Part shown: positions 13,891 through 24,959 of the stretch, piece by piece | Layout: the number at the start of each line of letters is the position of its first letter | How positions within the stretch are numbered: position 1 is the first letter of the stretch | Assembly (NCBI GenBank): GCA_951406725.2 | Contig: OX597827.1 | Location: 51,460,001 to 51,524,000, forward strand | Direction: 5' to 3' | From: Octopus vulgaris | Taxonomy: Eukaryota | DNA: 64,000 nucleotides | Program-made: the position numbers and the translations under genes | Notes under the pieces: generated by a model | Database searches by the model: none | Seen by the model: only the letters and a program-made list of their open reading frames with translations | Told to the model about the DNA's origin: nothing

Positions 13891-13995
13891 TGTTTTGTTG
13901 AATTTCTGCTGCTTTTAAATAAAGCATACTACTCTATCCCTGGTATTTGAGTACTCTTTTTTTCCACCTTGTTACACATTTATGTGTTTACTCCA

Positions 13996-14038
<43 letters not shown>

Positions 14039-14354
14039 GTTTTTTTCATGCTGAATTCTACTTGGTGAAATTATTGATTACTTCTTAATTAATTAATTAA
14101 TTAATTTTACAGTAGCACCATAGTTTTCGAAGAACTCTGATCGCGAATAAATCGAGGTTTATATAAATATATAGATAGATATAGATATATATATAAAGTA
14201 TGATTTATTCAAGATCAGAGGCATTTGTAAACCAAAGTACTACTGTATTAAATGAATATGAGACAGACAGGAGATAAAGTACATTTTATTCATGATCAGA
14301 GTTTTTCGAAAACCAAGTTTCTACTGTATACATAAATATATATAATATAATATA

Positions 14355-14386
<32 letters not shown>

Positions 14387-14583
14387 GTGTTTTTTTCAAT
14401 GTTTACAAATAACAAGGAAAAAATAGATAAATAGTTATCAGGGTAGCAAAAATTCACACAGGTACCAAGGATGTAACGGCCTACTTATAGAGGTAGAAAC
14501 TCCAAGTTTAGGTGAAATGTTTTTGCATAATATAGATAAATAAATAAATGGAGTTAACTGCAGGTGTTATTCAAATATTTTTA

Positions 14584-14671
14584 CTTCCGACATATGTTTC
14601 AAAGAAATGATTGGCATTATTCCAGAAGGAATAAAATGGTGTAAAACAATGCAATCTTCTCATCAGGGAAA
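14584..14671 (-). ncRNA. Type-I hammerhead motif with long stem-II insert
   Basis: - strand: UUUCC CUGAUGA GAAGA...UCUUU GAA ACAUAUGU C GGAAG; canonical core, GUC site, palindromic stem III. Confidence 0.7.
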
Positions 14672-14909
14672 GAAAGAAACCAAACATATAAATAAGAAAT
14701 TAGCACAAAACTAATAGTGGGGAGATATATCTCTCTACTATTAGTTTTCTGCTCATCTCTTTCTTTCACCTCTTGCTCTTTCTATAAACTACCTTTGACG
14801 TTATATCGATGAACAGTTTTTTTAAAAAAAACTTATAAGCGTTCCCTTCATCATATACGCAGTCATCACATTCTGTTAAAATGTCTTATTAGTGTGTTTG
14901 GTTTATTTC

Positions 14910-14997
14910 TTTCCCTGATGAGAAGACTGCTTTGTTTTACACCATTTTATTACTTCTGCAATAAAACCAATGTTTTCTTTGAAACATATGTCGGTAA
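14910..14997 (+). ncRNA. Type-I hammerhead motif, inverted partner of 14584-14671
   Basis: tttcc CTGATGA gaaga...tcttt GAAACATATGTC ggtaa, inside IR arms ~14530-14686 / ~14895-15050. Confidence 0.65.
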
Positions 14998-15082
14998 TAA
15001 AAAGATTTGAATAACAATTGCGTTTAACTCCATTTATTTATTTATCTATATAATATATATATAGTATATAAATATATTTATA

Positions 15083-15235
15083 TGGCCTAGTGGTTAGGGC
15101 AGCGGACTCGCGGTCGCAGGATCGCGGTTTCGATTCTCAGACCGGGCGTTGTGTGTGTTTATTGAGCGAAAACACCTAAAAGCTCTACGAGGCTCCGGCA
15201 GGGGGTGGTGATCCCTGCTGTACTCTTTCACCACA
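15083..15235 (+). mobile_element. tRNA-derived SINE family C (second copy ~54985-55259, -)
   Basis: Box A tggcctagtggttagggc, box B-like ggtttcgattc, then gtttattgagcgaaaacacctaaa shared with the 55.1-kb copy. Confidence 0.75.
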
Positions 15236-15485
15236 ATGGCGGTGCCCCAGCATGGCCACAGCTCAAGAGCTGAAACTGGAAAAACAAAACAAAAACAAAA
15301 CAAATATAATATATATATATATATTCTATTATTCTTTTACCTATTTTAGTCATTTACTGCGCCCATACTGGAGCACCGCCTTCAGTCGAACAAATCTACC
15401 CAAGGACTTATTCTTTGTAAGCCTAGTACGTATTCTATCAGTCCCTTTTGCTGAACCACTAAGTGACGGGGACATATATATATAT

Positions 15486-15516
<31 letters not shown>

Positions 15517-15573
15517 CACATATATATATATATATATACACACATATATATATACATAGATATATATATATAA

Positions 15574-15619
<46 letters not shown>

Positions 15620-15648
15620 ATATATATATATATATATAAATGTATATA

Positions 15649-16926
15649 TTAGGTTGTCGAGAAAGTTCTTGCGGAATTTTAAATTTTGGTTCTAAATTAT
15701 GTATTTTCAAATTAATTTTCGTTAAATTACCTTGACTTTATATATCATTTTAAAGTCCATTTTTCACTCTATCTAATCATGTTACTCGTTTTCTTTTTTA
15801 ATAATTTGGCCATTTTTTCCGAAACGTTGAATACAACATGGACAAAAAGCAAATTCGCACAATTTTCTTATTCCAGTTCAAGCTAGGCCAAAAAGCCGCT
15901 GAAACAGCTCACAATATCAACGATGTGTTTGGCCCAGGAATCACTAATGAACGTACAGCACAATGGTGGATCAAGAAATTTTGTAGTGGTGACAAGAGTC
16001 TTGAAGATGATAGGCGTAGTGGTTGACCATCAGATGTTGATGATCAACTAAGAGCCTTAGTGGAAGCCAATCCACACACAACTGTTCGAGAGCTTGCTTC
16101 AGAATTAGACGTAATGTATACGACAATTTTCAACCACTTGAAAGAGATTGGAAAAACAAAAATACTTGAGAAATGGGTGTCGCACAAATTGAACGACAAC
16201 CAAAAAAAACGCTATTTAGAAGTGTCGTCTTCCCTTCTTTTACACAACAAGAATGACCCATTTCTCAACTGGATTGTGACTTGCGATGAAAAGTAGATTC
16301 TTTACAACAACCAGCGATGCTCAGCTCAGCGGTTGGACACCGATGAAGCTCCATGCCACTTTCCGAAGTGAAAGTTGCACCAAAACAAGGTCATGGTGAC
16401 TGTTTGGTGGTCTGCCACCAGTCTCATCTATCACAGCTTTTTGGATCCAGGCAAAAACCATTACGGCAGAGAAGTACTGTCAGCAAATAGATGAAATGCA
16501 TAAGAAACACCGACAACAGCCAGCATTAGTCAACAGAAAAGGACCAATTCTTCTCCATGACAACGCTCGACTGCACATCGCACAACTGACCCTGCAGAAG
16601 TTGAACGAATTGGGCTACGAATCTTTGCTTCATCCGCCATACTCACCAGACCTCTTGCCTACCAACTACCACTTCAAGCATCTCAACAACTTCCTGCGTG
16701 AGAAATGCTTCAAAAACCAAGACGATGCCAAACAAGCCTTCAATGACTTCGTCAGCACCAGAACACAGGATTTTTACGCTACTGGCATAAATAGATTTGT
16801 TTCATGTTGGCAAAAGTGTGTTGATTCTGATAGTGTTTATTTCGATTAATAAAGTTTTGTTTGAGCCAAGATATGTGCATCTGAATTTAAAGGTTAAAAA
16901 CTGCAAGAACTTTCTTGACAACCTAA
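15649..16926 (+). mobile_element. Full-length (1278 bp) Hsmar1/cecropia-like mariner; transposase 15838-16849 broken by stops and a frameshift
   Basis: TIRs TTAGGTTGTCGAGAAAGTTCTTGCGG / CTGCAAGAACTTTCTTGACAACCTAA, TA flanks; MDKKQIRTIFLF, WVSHKL, VTCDEK, HDNA, YSPDL motifs. Confidence 0.95.
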
Positions 16927-17805
16927 TATATATGCATATATATATATGATAGGAAGTGTATAATTAAATCATTGGGGTGGGTATCAATAAAGCAAAATAA
17001 AATAAACGGCTACTATAACATAATATGTCTAAGGTTACAGGAGGTAATGGGATAATTACTTATAGAATGTTTTAGTCTTGCTATCTTTCAACTATAAGAA
17101 AATGAAAGCAATGAAAATTGAAGGGTGGAATACAATCATGATTTGACACAGATATGAATCATAAAAAAATAAGTTGATGTAGCAGTTGGATTAAATAAGT
17201 TTAAAAAGTGTGTTTTGTATAAAATGCCATATTAATAACTGTTTAATACAGTGATGAATTTTATATTAGTGTAGCATTGGATAAAGCAACGAAACTGAAA
17301 AACAAAGAGTTGCCAAATTCTAAGAGAAACTATGAGAAATGTTTGTCTTTTCATGCAGCAAAACACACATTTTAAACAGAAAATTGAACATTTGAAAGCA
17401 CAAATAATAAAGTAATAGAATTTTTAAAAAACATTTAGAATAATAAGGAGCATTACTACTTCTGTTGCTCACTATGATAATTGTAGCGGTTTTGGCAATT
17501 GATTGTTTAAAATAAAATATAAGTAAAAAAAAAAACATAGAATAAAACAAAAGCTACGAGATAATACAATCTGAAGAAAAATAAAATATCAAAATGTTTT
17601 ATGATAATTACATAACTCTCATTAGAAGGAAAATGCATCCTTTGTAAAATATTAAATAACAATACCTTTCTTTCTGCATTGAAAATGAGGTGGAGGTAAA
17701 ATACCTAAACATCATAGCAATATAGTATTAATTAACAATATATATATGTAATTTTTTTTAATGTCTAATAAATTTAAGAAACTTAACAGAGACTGAATAA
17801 AACAT

Positions 17806-19275
17806 CTAATCTGATTGCTTGCTGTGTCCACTTGTACATGAGGGCATATTGTGTCCAGCTGTACATGGGGACATGTTGTGTCCAGCTGTACATGAGGACA
17901 TGTCATGTCCACCTGTACATGGGGATATGTTGTGTCCACTCATACATGGGGATATATCATGTCCTCCAGAACATGGTGACATTGTATGTCCACCTGTACA
18001 TGTGGATATATTGTGTCCTGCTGTACATGTGGATATATTGTGTCCAGCTGTACATGTGGACATATTGTGTCCACCTGTACATGGAGATATATTGTGTCCA
18101 ACTGTACATGGGGATATATTGTGTCCAGCTGTACATGAAGGAACATTGCCTGAGGTTACCCAACTGGTTGTTGTCCATGATGTAGGTGACACGGGGAATC
18201 CCCTCACCCAGGCATGATTATGATCTGGTCTAGGGGCCACCATTTGATGATGCGTGCACATTGATCCCATAACAGGAGCAGTAGTAACAGCTGCTGGCTG
18301 CTGAAGCTCACCACTGCCAGTACCTGCTGAGATAGGTTCCAGCTGAAGTTGGTTTGGTGTTTGATTTCGTCTTTGAGACATACCAGTGTCATTTGATACC
18401 CCTATGTGTGAATGTCCATGTTTTTTAAGATGTGATCGTTGAGAAAATGCTTTCTTACACACATCACATTTATAAGGTTTTTCTCCAGTGTGTGTATGCT
18501 GATGTTTATTTAAATGTGTTCTTTGGCTGAATGCTTTTTGACACACACTGCACTTGAATGGCTTCTCTCCAGTATGAACACGCTTATGATTATTCAAATG
18601 AGTTCTCTGACTGAACGCTTTCTTACATACATCACATTTAAATGGCTTTTCCCCAGTATGAATCCGTTCATGGTTGTTGAGATGATCCTTCTGTGCAAAT
18701 GCTTTGTTGCAAATTAAGCAAACAAAAGGTTTAATACCAGAATGAATACGTTCATGACTATTGAGATGTGTTCTTTGACTAAATGCTTTACAGCAAACAG
18801 AACACATAAAAGGCTTTTCCCCTGTATGGGTACGTTCATGGTTATTAAGATGCGATTTCTGTGAGAAGGATTTCCGACAAATCAAACATGTAAATGGTTT
18901 TTCTCCTGTATGAATACGTTTATGACTGTTCAAATGTGTTCTCTGACTGAACGCTTTACAGCATACTTCACAGGTATATGGTCTTTCACCAGTATGTGTG
19001 TGTTCATGATTCTTCAATTTATCTCTTTGGCTGAATACTTTCCCACAGAAGGCACAGTTGAAGTGTTTTCCTGTTGCTGAAGCTAATTCATGCTTATTTA
19101 AATAAGCTTTTAGTGTAAAACCTTTACGGCATACGTCACATTTATATGGTTTCTTTGAGTTATGAGGTACATTCTTGTATGTTTGAGCCTGGTCATTGGA
19201 AGGATAAGAGATTCCACAACTGTGATAATTATAATGGTTCCCAAAACTTGGATAAACTGGTTGGCCAGAATACAT
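17806..19275 (-). CDS. C2H2 zinc-finger protein ZNF-A: 1 atypical + 8 canonical fingers, C-terminal 9-aa Cys/His repeats; single coding exon
   Basis: 489-aa uninterrupted ORF with CxxC-x12-HxxxH fingers and TGEKP linkers. Confidence 0.93.
   Translation of the reverse strand: MYSGQPVYPSFGNHYNYHSCGISYPSNDQAQTYKNVPHNSKKPYKCDVCRKGFTLKAYLNKHELASATGKHFNCAFCGKVFSQRDKLKNHEHTHTGERPYTCEVCCKAFSQRTHLNSHKRIHTGEKPFTCLICRKSFSQKSHLNNHERTHTGEKPFMCSVCCKAFSQRTHLNSHERIHSGIKPFVCLICNKAFAQKDHLNNHERIHTGEKPFKCDVCKKAFSQRTHLNNHKRVHTGEKPFKCSVCQKAFSQRTHLNKHQHTHTGEKPYKCDVCKKAFSQRSHLKKHGHSHIGVSNDTGMSQRRNQTPNQLQLEPISAGTGSGELQQPAAVTTAPVMGSMCTHHQMVAPRPDHNHAWVRGFPVSPTSWTTTSWVTSGNVPSCTAGHNISPCTVGHNISPCTGGHNMSTCTAGHNISTCTAGHNISTCTGGHTMSPCSGGHDISPCMSGHNISPCTGGHDMSSCTAGHNMSPCTAGHNMPSCTSGHSKQSD
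17815..18138 (-). repeat. Coding 27-bp minisatellite, 12 units ([PST]CTxGH[ND][IM]S)
   Basis: Units of the type ccatgtacagctggacacaatatatcc, in frame with ZNF-A. Confidence 0.95.
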
Positions 19276-19637
19276 TTTACTACCTTCATAAAGTCAACTT
19301 TCAGGCATTAAATACTGTAAGGATTTTATGGGATTACTTTTAGACAAATAGTAGAACAAATTTTTCAGCTTCCAGTATTGACAGCAAGGTTTTTCAGACT
19401 TTACACTAAATAATATAAAAAATTAATAACTATTATTAATATTAATCAACATACAGTTCTGAATGAATGAAAACTTTTGAGAAGGTAAAAATTATAAAGA
19501 ATAGAAGTAAAATAACTAGGTTTATTAGCAATTAAATGTATAACATAAAACAGCAGTTTGCTTATAATAATTTTATTAAAAAATATCTTTTATGAGTACT
19601 AATTATATTCAGGAATAGAAATATCAGTTGTTTTTAT

Positions 19638-19867
19638 TTAGCCCACTAGCATTTAAATTGGCTATACCAGGCCCAAATATTCTACCTGTTTCATGTGCAA
19701 AATGTCTAGATCCAGCATCTTATACCCACCCTACAATGTCATTGTAAAAAAATAAACAATCGCATCATTGAAATCTCAAAGCTACAAGATAATGCAAGAT
19801 TAATTGTTTAAAATTTGAATAAGTATGCATTACATTTGACAAAGTAATCTGAAAGCTAAAGGCTTAA
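19638..19867. mobile_element. piggyBac-like MITE (other copies/fragments ~22507-22695, ~23215-23436, ~41900-41950)
   Basis: Family ends ttaaccctttagcatt / aatgctaaagggttaa (TTAA + CCC termini, degenerate in this copy); shared internal ctacaatgtcatt...gctacaagataatgca. Confidence 0.6.
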
Positions 19868-20667
19868 TAAAGTAAGAGATTTACACTATACACAAGTTTG
19901 CTTATGTTAACAGTTTAACTTTACCAAGAGATCAAAAATGAAGAAGAATGATGAAATTTATGGAAAAGATTCCAACCATGTTAATAATTTTAATCTGATT
20001 ATAAGAGTTATCATCTATATCTAAAACTAATCTAGTCTTCATACAATTTCAAAGATTAAAATATTATTTACAGAGCAAATATAAATTTTGAAATAAAATG
20101 AAATTACTTATCTAACCTATCCATATTATTATTGAATAGGTAAATACGGGAGTTATCGTTTGTGAATCAGGAATTTAATTTGAGTAATCATGCAGCCAGA
20201 AACAAGGCAAGATTAAAAAAAAAAAAAAAGGGACAGCACTGATGACCTATTTATGGATACATCAGAACAGAAAATGTGAAACATATTTTACATTTTGTGT
20301 TCTAAAGACTATATTTAATGCAAGGAACGAATAAGTATTTCTCACTTTGATTTTTATTATAAACTATTTCTGAACTGAGAAAATTTGCTACTACTTGTCA
20401 CTTGGTCGGAGATTAAAGGTAGATAATGGACCTTTAGATTTCATCAACAACAAACAACAAATGTTCCAGCTAGTATAAATGACACAACTTTGCATTAGTC
20501 TTTCAAGCTATAGTTATTTGTTGGCATTTTATTTGTAAGATCTCACTAATCTGATCTAACCGCTTTATCTCAGGTTTTCCTTTTCTTTTATCGCTTCTTT
20601 ACATCTAAGTGTTTACAGTATTTATTTCTGATGCCATTCAAATAATATAAACACCAAGAATAAAATT

Positions 20668-20716
<49 letters not shown>

Positions 20717-21007
20717 AATATAAGAGAGTGGTCACTATATTGATCACTCTAGCACCAGTTAATCCAAATAAATATACTATTAAATTAGTATCTAATTCTC
20801 TCACCCTTATTAATTAATTATATATAATATATATATATATTTGTTTTGCAAGATTGTTAATGTGAAATCGTGTGTTGAAACAGATATTGCTGTATTTAGG
20901 AATGGTCACTTTGCCAGTTTAGCCAATAAATACAATAGAAATACGAAATGCAAAATGGCTGACCGTTAGTAAGGAGAGACACACAAATAAGAAAGAGAAA
21001 AACAAAG

Positions 21008-21051
21008 GACCACTGATGCGGTCACAGGAGTGTGACGAAAGAACTCTGGCC
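21008..21051 (+). ncRNA. Degenerate type-I hammerhead motif between ~50-bp inverted arms (20881-20930 / 21127-21176)
   Basis: gacca CTGATGC g GTCAC-aggagt-GTGAC GAA AG-aa-CT C tggcc; A9 is C. Confidence 0.55.
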
Positions 21052-21789
21052 GAAATAAGATTAAGATTAATGTAAAATATAAATAACGCTGAAGCAAAGT
21101 AACACCAAATATATAGTGCGTGTGTTTTTATTGGCTAAACTGGCAAAATGACCATTCCTAAATACAACAATATCTGCTCTTTTACTTGTTTCAGTCATTT
21201 GACTGAGGCCATGCTGGAGCACCGCCTTTAGTCGAGCAAATCGACCCCAGGACTTATTATTTGTAAGCCTAGTACTTATTCTATCGGTCTCTTTTGCCAA
21301 ACTGCTAAGTGACGGGAACATAAACACGCCAGCATTGGTTGTCAAGCAATGCTAGGGGGTCAAACACAGACACACAAATATATATACACACATACATATA
21401 TATGACAGGCTTCTTTCAGTTTCCGTCTACCAAATCCACTCACAAGGCATTGGTCGGCCCGGGGTTATAGCAGAAGACACTTGCCCAAGATGCCACGCAG
21501 TAGGACTAAACCCGGAACCATGTGGTTGGTAAGCAAGCTACTTACCACACAGCCACTCCTGCGCCTATATATATATATATATAAATTCATATATGTTATA
21601 TTCTATGAGGCCAATTACTTTCTTAACTAATCTAACTGAACACTGTAAATATCTGCTGGATGATGTTGCTGAGGAAAATGAAAACAAGTCACAGAACTGA
21701 TTGTGTCAAAGATGATCAACAAGAAATAAATATGACAATAAAAACCAATGTACTGCTGATGAAGCAGTACTAAGAGATTCAAATTTACG

Positions 21790-22477
21790 TAGCAAGAATG
21801 GATGAAGATAGTTGTGTGAAAAAGTGCCACACCCTAGCAGTTGAGGGAACCTGTGGAAGAGATAGACCCAGGAAAACCTGGGACAAGGTGGTGAAGCACG
21901 ACCTTCGAACTTTAGGTCTCACCGAGGAAATGACCAGAGACCGAGACTTTTGGAAGTATGCTGTGCATAGGAAGACCCAGCAGGACAAGTGAGACCATAA
22001 CCCACGGCCTCTACCTGGGACGTAGCCAGCCCACTTATGCATACCTTTCCTTCTGGTGACACAAACCCTACTTGTGAAGACCTGTTGAGGCAAGTGAAAA
22101 TCAAAATCAAAATCGAAATCGATCAACATCAATGGAAATTGTAGCTGTGATACCAGTGCTGGTGGCACATAAGAGAACCATCCGAACGTGGCCATTGCCA
22201 GCGCTGCCCGAACTGGCCTCTGTGCCGGTGGCACATAAAAAGCACCATCCGATCGTGGCCGTTTGCCAGCCTTGTCTGGCACCTGTGCAGGTGGCACGTA
22301 AAAAGCACCCACTACACTTTCGGAGTGGTTGGCGTTAGGAAGGGCATCCAGCTGTAGAAACACTGCCAGATCAGACTGGGCCTGGCGCAGCCTTCTGGCT
22401 TCCCAGACCCCAGTTGAACCGTCCAACCCATGCTAGCATGGAAAAGGGACGTTAAACAATGATGATGATGATGATGA
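21790..22477 (+). mobile_element. 5'-truncated RTE LINE: ORF end, 3'-UTR tandem subunits, (TGA)6 tail
   Basis: MDEDSCVKKCHTLAVEGTCGRDRPRKTW matches 50613-50816; ends gttaaacaatgatgatgatgatgatga. Confidence 0.9.
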
Positions 22478-23629
22478 ATATACTTACATGAATACGAAAT
22501 ATAATTTTAACCCTTTAGCATTCAGATTATTCTGTCAAATGCAATACTTATTTATTCACATTGTTTAGAATTAATCATGCATTATCTTGTAGCTTCAAGA
22601 GTTTGATGATGTGATTGTTTATTTTTTGAATGACATTGTAGAATAGGTGTGAGGGGCCAGATTTGGCCAGTTTGAACATGAAGCAAGTAAAATAATAAAA
22701 ATGACCAAGTCAGTTCATAAGTTCCAATCCTTGACCAAATCCTCCTCCTCTAAATCATGTACTATCAATACAATATTATGATCACAGTCATAAAAAATAT
22801 AAGTAAACTAAGAAAACCTTGCTAAGTTTATGATACCAAGTGACAAGAAATGCAATATGGTCTACAGACAAAAAAACGAATGCTTTGTGCAACACCAGTA
22901 AGCATGTAATGCAATGTTTCCCAACAAGATCCACAATACTCTTAAAGAAAGAATTTGCAGTTATGAGGAGGTGGTGAGCAAAATATTATGGGGAGGAGGT
23001 GTTTAGAGACTTGTTTATGGCAGTAAGTAAATTGATAAATCGTCAGCAAAGTAAGGAAAAGGGAAGAACAACTGAATGTGCTGCCAAATTTGATTATATT
23101 TTAATAGATTAAATCTTGAGTCTTTCACTTGTTTCAGTCAATGGACTGTGGCCATGCTGGGGTACCGCCTTGAGGGGTTTTAGTCAAATGTAATTTTTAT
23201 TTCTATTTAAAAAAATGTTTAGACAGACCATATCCAATCTAAACATTCTACCTATTTTATGTTCAAACCAGCCATATCTGATCTCTCAGACTTATCCTAC
23301 AATGTCATTCTAAAAATGAATAATCACACCATTGAGATCTCGAAGCTATGAGACAATGCATGATTAAGTAAGTCATAAACAATAAAAATAAATAAGCATT
23401 ACATTGGAGAGAGTAATCAGAATGTTGAAGGCTTAAAAATGTATGAATGTCCCTGAGTGTATTCCATACACTACGATTCAAAGATCTTTGGTGGAGACCT
23501 GACATCTTTCTTGGCATGGTGGTGTGGATTTTTCAATCAAATGATCTCTAGGAACACCAGTATAGGAAAATCTATCTTGATGTAAAGTTTACCGTGATGG
23601 TTTTTATTTTAATTAACAATTCAATTAAC

Positions 23630-23985
23630 AATGATCGAAATCGATCAACATCAATGGAATTTGCAGTTTGTGGTACCAGTGCCGGTGGCACATAAGAGAA
23701 CCATCTGAACGTGGCCGTAGCCAGCACCGCATCGACTGGCCTCTGTGCCGGTGGCACGTAAAAAACACCATCCGAGCCTGGCTGTTCGCCAGCCTCGCCT
23801 GGCACCTGTGTCGGTGGCACATAAAAAGCACCCACTACACTCATGGAGTGGTTGGCGTTAGGAAGGGCATCCAGCTGTAGAAACACCGCCAGATCTGACT
23901 GGCCTGGTGCAGCCTTCGGGCTTCCCAGACCCCAGTTGAACCGTCCAACCCATGCTAGCATGGAAAGCGGACGTTAAATGATGAT
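23630..23985 (+). mobile_element. RTE 3'-UTR fragment
   Basis: Highly similar to 22110-22477. Confidence 0.88.
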
Positions 23986-24959
23986 TAAACGAATTTCTTA
24001 AATACAATTAAATGGCCAAGTCTTGAAACAAAATGTCATCCATTATTGAGAATGTATGAGCAGCAGCAGCCTGGCATTGTTTTAACGTTTACAAGTTGAC
24101 AAAGGCAGCAAGCTGGCATGTCAGACAAAAAGCTTAGTAGTATTTTGTCCATCTTTACTTTGAGTTCAAATTCCGCCAAGGTTGACTTTGCCTTTCAGCC
24201 TTGCTGGGGGTTAATAAAATAAGTACTAGTTGAGTACTGGGGTTGATGTAATCGATTTACCCCCAAACCCCAAAATTCCTGGTCTGGTGCCAAAATTTCA
24301 AACCAATATTTATGAGTTGACAGGTCAACTTAATCCCCTAATTTTTTACAACTTATCCTTGTTTACTAAAATCTCAAACATCTCAGCACCACTGTTGCTA
24401 AACAAAAAAGGATAAACTTATTCCCCAGAAGAATGGTCAACCCTTTCACTCATCAATGAGTGAAGCACCATGTAAGAAGATTTGAGAATTGAGGAATCAA
24501 GCATATCATAATCTGAATTTACCTGAACATCTAGTGGGTGCCATCCATTTTGAGTGTCCACCAATTCACTCACCCAAAGACACAAGTTTTCCACCTGTGC
24601 ATGGACAACAGCATCCAGCCCTGCCCCACAAAAAAGCTTCACCAAAAGCAGAGTAAATATCTAAATCCAAGTTTATTTCAAGGCAATTTTTGAAGACCTT
24701 GGCACTACAGTTAGACTAAGGAAATATCTTGATTTTTAAACCTACTTAAATCAAGCTTCAGATATCAGCTATCTCCATGATCAAAACACTTTAAAAACAT
24801 TGACATCATATTTAAGAAAAAGAACATAATATTGGCTAAGCTGGCAAAATGACCATTCCGAAATACAACAAGAACATAATATAGAAAACTTTCAATCTTA
24901 ATTTTTTTTTTTTTTTTTTTGTTTTGGCTGGAGTAAAAAAAATGTTTTGTTTTTTCTCT

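Noticed and set aside
12772-14110. ~65-bp direct repeat at 12772-12838 and 14037-14110
   Set aside because: Likely fragments of one repeat family in TA tracts; no ribozyme core, TSD or LTR hallmarks seen
14110-14330. Three related inverted/direct units with RYGATCA-gag...ttc-GAAA resembling a G3:C8 core
   Set aside because: No stem I can be formed; kept only as probable Penelope-like repeat debris
15083-15150. tRNA-like sequence
   Set aside because: No complete cloverleaf; continues into a SINE body found again at ~55.1 kb
17712-18217. Five extra ORFs overlapping ZNF-A on both strands
   Set aside because: By-products of the stop-poor 27-bp minisatellite; no independent evidence of coding
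21785-22426. 213-aa ORF and similar 'QSDLAVFLQLDALPNANHS' ORFs elsewhere
   Set aside because: Antisense readings of the RTE 3' UTR; recurrence reflects repeat copy number
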